Source: an uncultured Verrucomicrobia subdivision 3 bacterium (lineage in GTDB: Bacteria; Verrucomicrobiota; Verrucomicrobiia; Limisphaerales; UBA11358). From it: a stretch of 64,000 nt of DNA. The stretch covers positions 5,930 to 69,929 of the forward strand of contig CAIOIC010000017.1 in the NCBI GenBank assembly GCA_903858275.1, given 5' to 3'. Shown in pieces: positions 28,295 through 37,866 of the stretch. The notes below the pieces were generated by a model. The model ran no database searches and was not told the origin of the DNA. It was given only the letters and a program-made list of their open reading frames with translations. A program made the translations under genes and the position numbers. The first letter of the stretch is position 1; each line of letters starts with the position of its first letter.

Positions 28295-28945
28295 ATGACG
28301 ACGCTGCTCATCGCCACGCGCAACGCCCACAAGGTTGGTGAAATCCAAGCCATCCTCGGCGCGCCATTCCGCTGCCTCACGCTAAAGGAATTCCCTGACG
28401 CGCCCGCCGTGGTGGAAGATGCGGACACGTTTGCCGGCAATGCCACCAAGAAGGCGGTGGAACTGGCGAAATGGCTGGCGTGCAGCGAATGTGGAAAGCG
28501 GAATGTGGAAAGCGGAAACATTTTCGTGCTCGCCGACGATTCCGGCCTGGAAGTGGATGCGCTGAACGGCACTCCCGGCGTGCATTCCGCACGGTTCGCA
28601 GCGCTGGACAAATTAGAAAATTCCCGCGACGCGGACAACAACGCCAAGCTGCTGCGCCTGCTGAAGGACGTGCCGCTAGAAAAGCGCGCCGGCAGATTTC
28701 GCTGCGTCATCGCGCTGGCGACAGTTAGCTCGCCATCCGCACAGCAATTATTCGACGGCGCATGTGAGGGATGGATTCAATTTGCGGCGAGCGGGCACGG
28801 CGGGTTCGGCTATGATCCGCTGTTTGTGCCAGACGGTTTCACTCAGTCGTTCGCCGAACTGGGCGAAGATGTAAAAAACAAACTAAGCCACCGCGCCAAG
28901 GCGCTGGCGAAGCTGAAGGTTTATTTCAGCAGACTGCCGACCTGA
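28295..28945 (+). CDS. rdgB: non-canonical purine NTP pyrophosphatase (RdgB/HAM1 family)
   Basis: ATG at 28295 gives MTTLLIATRNAHKVGEIQAILG..., with LADDSGLEVDALNGTPGVHSARF, GGFGYDPLF and SHRAKAL. Confidence 0.85.
   Translation: MTTLLIATRNAHKVGEIQAILGAPFRCLTLKEFPDAPAVVEDADTFAGNATKKAVELAKWLACSECGKRNVESGNIFVLADDSGLEVDALNGTPGVHSARFAALDKLENSRDADNNAKLLRLLKDVPLEKRAGRFRCVIALATVSSPSAQQLFDGACEGWIQFAASGHGGFGYDPLFVPDGFTQSFAELGEDVKNKLSHRAKALAKLKVYFSRLPT
28484..28517 (+). repeat. 14-nt tandem duplication (GAATGTGGAAAGCG x2.4) inside rdgB
   Basis: agc|gaatgtggaaagcg|gaatgtggaaagcg|gaa, read directly. It translates as SECGKRNVESGN. Confidence 0.9.
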
Positions 28946-29700
28946 AGTTTCTTCCTTAGTTTGCCATTGTCGGCGCACATGGCGTAGCGGTATTTGCCCG
29001 GCGCAGGCTCGGTAAAAAATTCGCCGCCTGCGTTTTCCACCAGCAGGCTGCCGGCGGCCACGTCCCAGAGATTGATGCGGCGCTCGATATAAGCGTCGAA
29101 CCGACCACAGGCCACGTAGGCCAACTCGATGGCGGCGGAACCCATGACGCGCACCTTTTTTGCCCGGCAGGTGAGCCGGTTGAAGTGCGGCAGGCATTTT
29201 TTCAGATTGTCCTGGCTCTTGGAAAAGCCAAACGCAAGGATGGCGTCTTCCACTTTGGTCCGGTTGCTGACGCGGACAACTTTCCCGTTCAATCGCGTCG
29301 GCCCGCCATTGACGGTGGTCCACAGTTCGTCGGCAAATGGATCATAAATCACGCCCACGACCGATTGTTCGCGATGCTGGAGCGCAATCGAAGTGGCGGC
29401 GTGCGGAATGCCGAAGGCGTAGTTCACCGTGCCGTCAATCGGGTCGATGACCCAGCGGTATTCGGCGGTCACGTCGCCGGTGATGCCTTCCTCGCCGAGG
29501 ACAGGAATCTGGGGAAACGTCCCGGCCAGAATTTTCTCAATCAACGCCTGACAGCGCACGTCGAGTTCGAGCTTGATGTCGTGCGCTTCGGAGGAATTCA
29601 CCCGCTTCGGCTTGTGCCAGTTGGCGTGCATGACTTGGCCGGCGGCGCGTGCCGCCTTCACGGCAACGGCAAGGGCTTTCGAAATCGAAACGGTTTTCAT
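28921..29700 (-). CDS. inositol monophosphatase family protein (SuhB-like)
   Basis: VLGEEG, WVIDPIDGTVNY and a WDVAAG C-terminal motif. Its 3' end converges on rdgB with a 25-nt overlap. Confidence 0.85.
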   Translation of the reverse strand: MKTVSISKALAVAVKAARAAGQVMHANWHKPKRVNSSEAHDIKLELDVRCQALIEKILAGTFPQIPVLGEEGITGDVTAEYRWVIDPIDGTVNYAFGIPHAATSIALQHREQSVVGVIYDPFADELWTTVNGGPTRLNGKVVRVSNRTKVEDAILAFGFSKSQDNLKKCLPHFNRLTCRAKKVRVMGSAAIELAYVACGRFDAYIERRINLWDVAAGSLLVENAGGEFFTEPAPGKYRYAMCADNGKLRKKLQVGSLLK

Positions 29701-29707
29701 GGTGATA

Positions 29708-32584
29708 TCAGTTCAAGGCGGCGAGCGCGGTTTGCACCTGCGCGAGTTTATTCTTCCAATCCAGCAAGCGCTGCTCGTGTTCGACGAGCACAGCGGGCGG
29801 AACTTTTGTGGTAAAGTTCGGGTTCGCCAGCTTCTGTTCCACCTTCACGATTTCGGATTGGTTTTTTTCAATTTCTTTTCCGAGGCGGATTTTTTCAGCG
29901 GCGACATCAATCAAGCCTTCGAGCGGGAGGAACAGTTCCCCTAGCGGTGACGCAACGACCGGCGTGCCTTTCGGCGGCAGATAATCGGCGTTCACTTCCA
30001 GCGCCTCGGCGTTGAGCAAAAGCTTGATGACTTCCGCGTCGTGCGGCGTGAGATGCTGCGCGGGCTTGAAGACGTATTTCACCTTCTTCGCGGCCTGAAT
30101 ATTGCCGGCGCGGCGCAGGTCGCGGCCGTTGCGGACGAGTTCGTATTTCGTGTCCGTCATTTCGACGTAGCAATCATCAAGACCGTAATGGCCTTTGAAA
30201 TCGTCGTCGAAAGGCAGGGGCCACGGCGCGTTCATGATGGTCTTGCCGCCCTGATTGTCCGGCATGTCGGTCGCGAAACCCATTCCGTGCCAAAGTTCCT
30301 CCGTGATGAACGGCAGGAACGGGTGGAACAGGCGGATGGTGTGCGACAACACAAAATCAATCACCGCGAGGGTGTTCGCCTTTTGCTTGGCATCGGTGCC
30401 GAAGAACACAGCTTTGCTGGCCTCGACATACCAGTCGCAATACTCGTTCCAGAAGAAACGGTAGAGGGCGGCGGTGGCTTCGCTGAATTTGTATTCATTC
30501 AGCGCAATGGTGACTTCGCGGATGGCAGCGTCGAGCTTGAGCAAGAGCCATTTGTCATCGGGATTCAGCAGTGTGCGTTCGATCTCGCCCTGAATTGGGA
30601 AGTCGGCACTGCCGACCATCTGGCGGAAGCGGCAGGCGTTCCAGAGCTTGTTGCAGAAATTGCGGCCGAGTTCCACGTCCTTCTCGTCGAAGAGCACGTC
30701 CTGGCCCAGCGGCGCGCTGCGCATGGTGCCGAAGCGGAGGGCGTCCGCGCCGTATTGGGCGATGAGCACGAGCGGATCGGGCGAATTGCCGAGCGTCTTG
30801 GACATCTTGCGGCCCTGTTTGTCGCGGATGATGCCAGTGAAATAAACATTCTGGAACGGCATCGCATCCGGGAGCGCGAACTTCTTTGGGCCGGCGGACT
30901 CCGCCTCGCCCATGAACTCGTAGCCGGCCATGATCATGCGCGCGACCCAGAAGAAAATGATGTCCGGCCCGGTGACGAGGTCGGTGGTCGGATAAAACTT
31001 CTTCAACGTCTCGGTCGGCTCCGGCCAGCCCATCGTGGCGAACGGCCACAGCCAGGAACTGAACCAGGTGTCGAGCACGTCTGAATCTTGTTTGTATCCA
31101 AGTGATTCAATTAACTGAATAATGTTTTTTTGGTCCGAATCAGCCGAAGCATCGGGTGAAATGCAAATGTAGATTCGGGCGGGCTTATCATTGTCTTCTG
31201 CACACTTGATTTGAGGTTCAGTGCGAACAACGAAATCGTTACGTCCACGTGTGGCTTTATCAATTTTGTCAGAGTCACCAAACGAAGCCAAATGGTCAGC
31301 GTAGTCTTTCGACCAAACCGGAATCCGATGCCCCCACCAAAGCTGGCGGCTGATGCACCAGTCCTGAATGTTCGCCAGCCAGTGGTCATAAACTTTCGCC
31401 CAGCGGTCGGGATGAAATTTCATCCGGCCTTCGGCCACGCACGCTTTGGATTCCGGCACGGCAGGATATTTCAAAAACCATTGCTCGCTCAAACGCGGTT
31501 CGATCGGCACGTCCGCGCGCTGGCTGAATCCGACGTTGTTTTCGTAGGGCTTGGCCTCGATCATCGCGCCCTGTTCCGTGAGAATTTCCACCGCGACTTT
31601 GCGAGCCTTAAAGCGATCCAACCCAGCCAGTGGCCCACCCGCCAGGGTGTTCATGGTGCCGTCGGCGTTGATGACCTCGATGAGCGGCAGCTTGTGACGC
31701 GTGCCGATGTCGAAGTCCGCCTTGTCATGCGCAGGAGTGACCTTGAGCACGCCGGTGCCGAATTCAAAATCCACATGCTCGTCGCCGATGATCGGGATGA
31801 GTTTTTTGTCCTGCGGTAATTCCGCCGGCAGCGGACGCACGATGTGCTTGCCGATCAGATGCGCGTAACGCGGGTCTTTCGGATTCACGGCCACAGCGGT
31901 GTCGCCGGGAATCGTCTCGGGCCGCGTCGTGGCGATAGTGAGCCAAGTGTCCGGCGCTTCCGCGACCTGCACCTTGAAGTGATACATGAAACCATTCTGC
32001 GGTTTCATTTCCACTTCCTCGTCGGACAACGCGGTCTGCGACACAGGACACCAGTTCACCATGCGTTTGCCGCGATAGATGAGGCCTTTCTTGTAAAGCT
32101 CGACGAACACCTTCTGGACGCAGCGGGAATACTCCGGGTCCATCGTGAAGCGTTCGCGCGTCCAATCGCATGAACAACCGAGCTTTTTGAGCTGGTTGAT
32201 GATGATGTCGCCGTGTTTTTCCTTCCACGCCCAGACGCGCTTCAGAAATTCCTCGCGGCCGAGATCGTGTCGGGATTTCTTTTCTTCCTTCTTCAGCTGC
32301 TTTTCCACCATCACCTGCGTGGCGATGCCCGCGTGGTCGGTGCCAGGCAGCCAGAGAACTTCCTTGCCGTCCATGCGCGCCCTGCGGCTGAGAATATCCT
32401 GGATGGTATTGTTGAGCACGTGGCCCATGTGGAGCATTCCGGTGACGTTCGGCGGCGGAATGACGATGGAATACGCGGGCTTGGCGGACTTCGGATCGGC
32501 GGTGAAGCAACCTTGCTTCAGCCAGAAGTCATACCATTTATCTTCGACAGACTGCGGCTCATAGGCCTTTGGAATTTCGGTCAT
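29708..32584 (-). CDS. valS: valine--tRNA ligase
   Basis: 958 aa with PPPNVTGMLHMGH (HIGH), KMSKTLGN (KMSKS) and a C-terminal coiled coil. Confidence 0.95.
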   Translation of the reverse strand: MTEIPKAYEPQSVEDKWYDFWLKQGCFTADPKSAKPAYSIVIPPPNVTGMLHMGHVLNNTIQDILSRRARMDGKEVLWLPGTDHAGIATQVMVEKQLKKEEKKSRHDLGREEFLKRVWAWKEKHGDIIINQLKKLGCSCDWTRERFTMDPEYSRCVQKVFVELYKKGLIYRGKRMVNWCPVSQTALSDEEVEMKPQNGFMYHFKVQVAEAPDTWLTIATTRPETIPGDTAVAVNPKDPRYAHLIGKHIVRPLPAELPQDKKLIPIIGDEHVDFEFGTGVLKVTPAHDKADFDIGTRHKLPLIEVINADGTMNTLAGGPLAGLDRFKARKVAVEILTEQGAMIEAKPYENNVGFSQRADVPIEPRLSEQWFLKYPAVPESKACVAEGRMKFHPDRWAKVYDHWLANIQDWCISRQLWWGHRIPVWSKDYADHLASFGDSDKIDKATRGRNDFVVRTEPQIKCAEDNDKPARIYICISPDASADSDQKNIIQLIESLGYKQDSDVLDTWFSSWLWPFATMGWPEPTETLKKFYPTTDLVTGPDIIFFWVARMIMAGYEFMGEAESAGPKKFALPDAMPFQNVYFTGIIRDKQGRKMSKTLGNSPDPLVLIAQYGADALRFGTMRSAPLGQDVLFDEKDVELGRNFCNKLWNACRFRQMVGSADFPIQGEIERTLLNPDDKWLLLKLDAAIREVTIALNEYKFSEATAALYRFFWNEYCDWYVEASKAVFFGTDAKQKANTLAVIDFVLSHTIRLFHPFLPFITEELWHGMGFATDMPDNQGGKTIMNAPWPLPFDDDFKGHYGLDDCYVEMTDTKYELVRNGRDLRRAGNIQAAKKVKYVFKPAQHLTPHDAEVIKLLLNAEALEVNADYLPPKGTPVVASPLGELFLPLEGLIDVAAEKIRLGKEIEKNQSEIVKVEQKLANPNFTTKVPPAVLVEHEQRLLDWKNKLAQVQTALAALN

Positions 32585-32594
32585 GGTTCAGATA

Positions 32595-32658
32595 GCCACA
32601 GAGACACAGAGCGCACAGAGGGAAAATTTAAAACTGCTTTCTCTGTGTTCTCTGTGGC
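32595..32658. repeat. REP-like palindrome built from CACAGAG units, between cimA and valS
   Basis: GCCACAGAGACACAGAG (32595-32611) pairs with CTCTGTG-T-TCTCTGTGGC (32641-32658), giving a 17-bp stem with one bulge. The 29-nt loop contains a third CACAGAG. Confidence 0.8.
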
Positions 32659-32662
32659 AAAA

Positions 32663-34222
32663 TTATTTTTCCAACAATGCAAACTCCATCGAGTCCACGA
32701 GCGCTTCCAGGCTGGCTTCGATGATATTTTCGCTCGCGCCTACGGTGCCCCATTCGCGCTTGCCATCGGTGGATTCAATGAGTACACGCGTCTTTGCCGC
32801 CGTGCCAGCCACGCCGTCGAGAATGCGCACCTTATAATCGGTGAGCGTGATCTTTTTGAGCTGCGGGAAAAATTTCGCGAGCGCCAGCCGCAGCGCGGCG
32901 TCGAGCGCGTTCACCGGTCCGTCGCCCTTGGCGTGCGCCTTCGCGCGACGTTTGCCCACGCGCACTTCCACGGTGGCGGCACAGACGGATTTCTTCGCAT
33001 CGCGGCGCATGGAAACGTGATAGGTGTCCACCGTGAACGGTAGTTCGCGGTGCTTGAGCGCCTTGCTGATGAGCAGCGCCATCGAACCTTCGGCGGCCTC
33101 GTATTCGTAGCCGGCGTTCTCCAATTCCTTGATGCGATTTAGAATCGGTTTCAGCTCCGGCGTATCGTTCGTCAGCTTGAAGCCGAGCGAATGCGCTTTC
33201 ATCACGATGTTGCTGCGCCCAGCCAGATCGCTGATGAGGATGTTGCGCGCGTTGCCAACAAGTTCGGGATTGATGTGCTCGTAGCTGGACGCCAGTTTTT
33301 GCACGGCGTTGACGTGCGTGCCGCCCTTGTGCGCGAACGCCGACGAACCGACCCACGGCAGCCGCGGGTTGTGGCGGATGTTCGCAACGTCATCAACGAA
33401 CAGGGAAAGTTCCTTGAGCTTGAGCAGCGACTTCGCGGGCACGCAGGTTTTCTTCTGCTTGAAGTGCACCAGCGGGATGACGCTGATGAGATTGCAGTTG
33501 CCGGTGCGTTCGCCGTAGCCGTTCACCGTGCCTTGCACGTGGCAAGCGCCCGCATCGAGCGCGGCCAGCGCATTCGCCACGCCCACGCCGCTGTCGTCAT
33601 GCGTGTGGATACCGATCTTGCAATTCAATTTGCTGATGGCGGTCTTGGTGATGGCGGCGATTTCGCCCGGCAGACAGCCACCGTTCGTGTCGCACAACAC
33701 CACGAAATCCGCGCCGGCCTTTTCCGCCGCGCGCCAGGTGTCGAGCGCGTATTCAGCATTGAGTTTATAGCCGTCGAACGCGTGCTCGGCGTCATAGATA
33801 ACAAACTTGCCGTGGTCTTTCAGAAATTTCACTGTGTCGGCGATCATCGCCAGATTTTCCTCCGGCGTGCAGCGCAGGACTTCCTTCACATGCAGCATGG
33901 AGGTTTTGCCGTAGATCGTCACGACCGGCGTGCCAGCCTCGATGAGCAGGCGCACCTGGTCGTCCAGTTCCACCGGCGTCGTTTTCTTGCGCGTGGAACC
34001 GAAGGCCGCGAGCCTGGCGTTCTTGAATTTCTTTTTCTTCGCCTGGGCAAAAAACTCGATGTCCTTGGGATTGCTGCCCGGCCAGCCGCCTTCAATGTAA
34101 TGAACCCCGAAAGCATCGAGTTTCTCGGCGATGCGGAGCTTGTCCGCGACCGAGAAATTGATGCCTTCGCCCTGCGAGCCATCACGCAGGGTCGTGTCGT
34201 AGATTTCGACTTGGGGTTTCAT
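32663..34222 (-). CDS. cimA: citramalate synthase (LeuA-family, CimA type)
   Basis: ATG at 34222 gives MKPQVEIYDTTLRDGSQGEGINFSVADKLRIAEKLDAFGVHYIEGGWPGSNPKD..., with HTHDDSGVGVANAL and a C-terminal regulatory domain. The 56 upstream codons of the track ORF look non-coding. Confidence 0.8.
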   Translation of the reverse strand: MKPQVEIYDTTLRDGSQGEGINFSVADKLRIAEKLDAFGVHYIEGGWPGSNPKDIEFFAQAKKKKFKNARLAAFGSTRKKTTPVELDDQVRLLIEAGTPVVTIYGKTSMLHVKEVLRCTPEENLAMIADTVKFLKDHGKFVIYDAEHAFDGYKLNAEYALDTWRAAEKAGADFVVLCDTNGGCLPGEIAAITKTAISKLNCKIGIHTHDDSGVGVANALAALDAGACHVQGTVNGYGERTGNCNLISVIPLVHFKQKKTCVPAKSLLKLKELSLFVDDVANIRHNPRLPWVGSSAFAHKGGTHVNAVQKLASSYEHINPELVGNARNILISDLAGRSNIVMKAHSLGFKLTNDTPELKPILNRIKELENAGYEYEAAEGSMALLISKALKHRELPFTVDTYHVSMRRDAKKSVCAATVEVRVGKRRAKAHAKGDGPVNALDAALRLALAKFFPQLKKITLTDYKVRILDGVAGTAAKTRVLIESTDGKREWGTVGASENIIEASLEALVDSMEFALLEK

Positions 34223-34309
34223 AAAAAACGGATGCATACTATCTCTGAATCCGGCGGAACTGGCAAATCTGGAATTTGCGCTTTGGCGGAATGCGCTTAG
34301 GTTGGCCAA

Positions 34310-34489
34310 GTGGAAGAATTCGTCACCATCCAATGCCCGTTCTGCGGCCAGTCGTTCGACGTGGTGGTGGACACCAGTGTCCGGCATCAATCTTTCACGA
34401 CGGACTGCGAGATCTGCTGCCGTCCGCTTGAAATTCGTGCGGAATGCAAGGCTGGCGAAATCGTCAGCGTAGAAGTCTCAGCGGACTGA
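34310..34489 (+). CDS. CPXCG-motif cysteine-rich small protein (59 aa)
   Basis: Not in the ORF track because it is below 60 aa. GTG at 34310 follows an in-frame TAG at 34298. Sequence: (M)EEFVTIQCPFCGQSFDVVVDTSVRHQSFTTDCEICCRPLEIRAECKAGEIVSVEVSAD. The pattern CPxCG ... DCxxCC matches my recollection of the CPXCG family. Confidence 0.65.
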   Translation: MEEFVTIQCPFCGQSFDVVVDTSVRHQSFTTDCEICCRPLEIRAECKAGEIVSVEVSAD

Positions 34490-35605
34490 CTGGTTTATTT
34501 TTTTGAAAAAATCTTTAACCACGTCCGCCACGCGCTGGATTTGCGCATCGGTCAATTCCGGGAACATCGGCAGGCTCAACACCTCGCGGCTCGCCTTTTC
34601 CGCCACCGGAAAATCGCCCAGCTGGTAGCCCAGATGCGCGTAGGCCTTTTGCAAATGGAGCGGCATGGGATAATGCACCGCGTTGCCGATGCCATTCGCA
34701 TCCAGATGTTTTTTCAACTCGTCGCGGCGCGAAGAACGCACAGTATAAAGATGCCACGCGCTTTCGTTGCCGAGCGTCACGGCCGGCAGTTGCAGCGGCG
34801 TGTCCGCCAGCAATTCCGCGTAGCGGGCGGCGATACGCTGGCGATCGCGCGTCCATTGGCCCAGATGCTTGAGCTTCACGCCGAGCACCGCACCCTGGAT
34901 GCCTTCGAGCCGGTAATTATAGCCGACTTCGTCGTGATGATAGCGCACGGTGGAACCGTGTTCGCGAAGTGATTTCGCGCGGGCGGCGAGAGCCGCATCG
35001 TTCGTCACCAGCGCGCCGCCTTCGCCACAGGCGCCAAGATTTTTCGCCGGATAAAAACTGAAACAGGAAACCGCGCCAAACGTGCCGATGCTTTTGCCTT
35101 TGTATTTTGCACCATGCGCCTGCGCCGCGTCCTCGACGAACGGCAGGTTGTGTTTCTTGCAGATGGCAGCGACGGCATCCACGTCGAACGGCTGGCCGTA
35201 AAGGTGCACGGGCAAAACCGCCTTGGTGCGCGGCGTGATGGCTTTTTCGATTAGCTTCGGGTCGAGATTGAACGTCGTCTCGTCAATGTCCACATAGACG
35301 GGCTTCGCGCCACAGTAGGAAATCGCCCAGCTCGTGGCGATGAACGTGTAGGGCGTGGTGATGACCTCGTCGCCGGGGCCGACGTTGAGCAGACGCATGG
35401 CGACGTGCAGGGCGGAGGTGCCGCTGTTGAAACCAAGCGCATACCGCGCGTCGCAGAACGTGGCAAAACCTTTTTCAAATTGCGTCACATCGGGGCCGAG
35501 GCAGAAGGAACAGTTGTCGAGGGTGCGGGCGATGGCGGCATCAAGTTCAGCGCGCAACGGTTTCAACTGGGCGCGCAGGTCGAGGTAAGGGACTGGTTCA
35601 GACAT
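34478..35605 (-). CDS. DegT/DnrJ/EryC1/StrS-family PLP-dependent aminotransferase
   Basis: Full-length pattern: VPYLDL..., GDEVITTPYTFIAT, and SFYPAKNLGACGEGGA (PLP lysine region). Confidence 0.85.
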   Translation of the reverse strand: MSEPVPYLDLRAQLKPLRAELDAAIARTLDNCSFCLGPDVTQFEKGFATFCDARYALGFNSGTSALHVAMRLLNVGPGDEVITTPYTFIATSWAISYCGAKPVYVDIDETTFNLDPKLIEKAITPRTKAVLPVHLYGQPFDVDAVAAICKKHNLPFVEDAAQAHGAKYKGKSIGTFGAVSCFSFYPAKNLGACGEGGALVTNDAALAARAKSLREHGSTVRYHHDEVGYNYRLEGIQGAVLGVKLKHLGQWTRDRQRIAARYAELLADTPLQLPAVTLGNESAWHLYTVRSSRRDELKKHLDANGIGNAVHYPMPLHLQKAYAHLGYQLGDFPVAEKASREVLSLPMFPELTDAQIQRVADVVKDFFKKINQSVR

Positions 35606-35693
35606 CCGCCTAATTTATCTATGTCAACCGGTTTTGGAAATATCAAACGTCAATTCCGCTTGAATGTCGCGCTGGCAGCGGTAGCTTGCGCCA

Positions 35694-37802
35694 ATGCGTT
35701 GGACAATTTTACTTCTTCCCGCTGCGCTCGGGCTGCTGGCGGGCTGCTCTTCCGTGAAAAACAATTGCGGCGGCACCGCCGCCGACCCGCTGCGCGAATT
35801 CCAGTCCCGCGCCGCGAAACATCATTCCGTCATCACACTACCGGAGTTTGAGACGATGCCGGAACAGGTCACGACGACGGCGGAAAAAACTATCGCCGAA
35901 GGCAATGCCGCGCTCGACCGCATCGGCAACGTGAAGCCAACCGAGGGGACCTTCGCCAACACGTTTGTCGCGCTGGACGATTTTTCGTTTCAAGTCGGAC
36001 AGGCCAGCGGACGGCTGGGTTTGATTGAGCAGACCAGCACCAACGCCGCCGTGCGCGATGCCGCCACCGAGGCCATCAAGAAACTTTCCGCCTGGGCCGT
36101 CGGCGTGGATTACCGCGAGGATGTTTACCGCGCATTGAAAAGTTTTGCGGCCAAGAATCCAAAGCTGACCGGCGAGGACAAGAAACTTTACGACCAGACG
36201 CTGCGCGATTATCGCCGCGCCGGACTGGAGCTGCCGCCCGCCGCGCGCGACGAAGTGGAAAAATTGCGCAAAGAACTCACCGCGCTCGAAACCGATTTCC
36301 ATAACAACGTCACCAAGGCGCAGCAGTCGCTGAAGTTCACCAAAACCGAACTGGCTGGCGTGCCGGACGATTTTCTCGGCCAGATCAAGACGGGTGAAGA
36401 CGAATACACCGTCAAAGCCAACGTCACCTGGCACACGCTGAGCGTGATGGACAATTGCCGTGTCGAAGCTACTCGCAAAAAGTTTGCCGCCACCCGCGAC
36501 AATCTGGCGCGTACCGCCAACCTGCCGTTGCTGGAAAAAATTCTCAGTCTGCGCGACCGCATCGCCAAAAAGCTGGGCTACGCGAACTACGCGGATCTGA
36601 CCACGGAAGTGAAGATGACGAAGAACGCCGCCACCGCCATCAAGTTCCTTCAGGGTTTGAAGGCCGGCTTGCAACCGAAGTTCGCCGCCGAACTGGAACA
36701 GTTCCGGCAATTGAAAATCGCGCAGACCGGCGACACCAACGCGCAAATCAACATCTGGGACTGGCGCTATTTTTCCAATGAGCTGAAGAAACAGAAATAC
36801 AATGTGGACGCCGAGCAATTGCGCGTTTATTTCCCGTTCCAGCGCGTGCTGGATGGGATGTTCACAATCTACCAGCGTATCTTCGGGCTTAAATTTGAGC
36901 GCCTGGAACCATCTTACAAATGGATCGGCGACCTCCAGCTTTACGCCGTCAGCGACGCGCGCACCGGCGAGCCGCTGGGATTGTTCTACCTCGACATGTT
37001 CCCGCGCGAAGGCAAATACAACCACTTCGCGCAATTCGGCATCATTGACGGCAAACGACTGCCGGACGGCAACTATCAGCGCCCGGTCTGCGCGCTCGTT
37101 TGTAATTTCCCGCCGCCGCAACCTGATAAACCGTCGCTTCTCTCGCACGATGAGGTCGAGACCGTCTTCCACGAATTCGGCCACGCTATGCACACCATCC
37201 TGACCCGCGCCAAATATGCCCGTTTCTCCGGCACCAGCGTGCCACGGGATTTCGTCGAGGCACCGTCGCAGATGCTGGAAAATTGGCCGTGGGACAAAGC
37301 GATCCTCGACACTTTCGCCGCCGACTACCGCGATCCGTCCAAAAAAATTCCGGCGAAAATCCTTGCCCAGCTAAAAACCGCGCGGCTCGCCACCGAAGGC
37401 ACGCGCTATCGCCGGCAACTTTCCTTCGCGCTCATGGATCTGACGCTGCACACGCAAATCAACGCGGCGAACGCCACCAACACGCTTGCGCTCTCGAACC
37501 AGAAACTCGGCGAGGTATTTCTGCCAATGCTGCCGGACACGGCGTTCATCGCCTATTTCGGGCACATCATCGGCTACGGCGGCGGCTATTACGGCTACGC
37601 GTGGGCTGACGCGATCGCGGCGGACATGGATACAGTGTTTGAAAAATCGCGCGGCGGCCACCTCGATATAGCCACCGGCCTGAAACTGCGGAAGGAAATC
37701 TACGAAGTCGGCGACTCTCGGGACGTGAACGAATCCATCGAAAAGTTTCTGGGCCGCCCGCGTTCCATCGCGCCGTTCCTGAAGCAGATTGGGGTGGAAT
37801 AA
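35694..37802 (+). CDS. M3-family zinc metallopeptidase (oligopeptidase A / Dcp-like), lipoprotein
   Basis: Lipobox LLAGCSS, a HEFGHAMH zinc motif and a downstream ...FVEAPSQMLENW block. Confidence 0.85.
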   Translation: MRWTILLLPAALGLLAGCSSVKNNCGGTAADPLREFQSRAAKHHSVITLPEFETMPEQVTTTAEKTIAEGNAALDRIGNVKPTEGTFANTFVALDDFSFQVGQASGRLGLIEQTSTNAAVRDAATEAIKKLSAWAVGVDYREDVYRALKSFAAKNPKLTGEDKKLYDQTLRDYRRAGLELPPAARDEVEKLRKELTALETDFHNNVTKAQQSLKFTKTELAGVPDDFLGQIKTGEDEYTVKANVTWHTLSVMDNCRVEATRKKFAATRDNLARTANLPLLEKILSLRDRIAKKLGYANYADLTTEVKMTKNAATAIKFLQGLKAGLQPKFAAELEQFRQLKIAQTGDTNAQINIWDWRYFSNELKKQKYNVDAEQLRVYFPFQRVLDGMFTIYQRIFGLKFERLEPSYKWIGDLQLYAVSDARTGEPLGLFYLDMFPREGKYNHFAQFGIIDGKRLPDGNYQRPVCALVCNFPPPQPDKPSLLSHDEVETVFHEFGHAMHTILTRAKYARFSGTSVPRDFVEAPSQMLENWPWDKAILDTFAADYRDPSKKIPAKILAQLKTARLATEGTRYRRQLSFALMDLTLHTQINAANATNTLALSNQKLGEVFLPMLPDTAFIAYFGHIIGYGGGYYGYAWADAIAADMDTVFEKSRGGHLDIATGLKLRKEIYEVGDSRDVNESIEKFLGRPRSIAPFLKQIGVE

Positions 37803-37866
37803 CGCCGACCGGGCGTAAATCCGCAATTCGCTTTAACCGCTGCTGTGCCTGTGTCATCCTCCCGGC

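Noticed and set aside
35838-37193. 451-aa minus-strand ORF antisense to the M3 peptidase. Similar long antisense ORFs occur at 33191-34300 (cimA), 30041-31084 (valS), 50838-51902 (kdgK), 53364-54176 (LarA-like) and 21182-22870 (leuS).
   Set aside because: Every one lies opposite a gene with strong family motifs, and none has motifs of its own. These are compositional artefacts.
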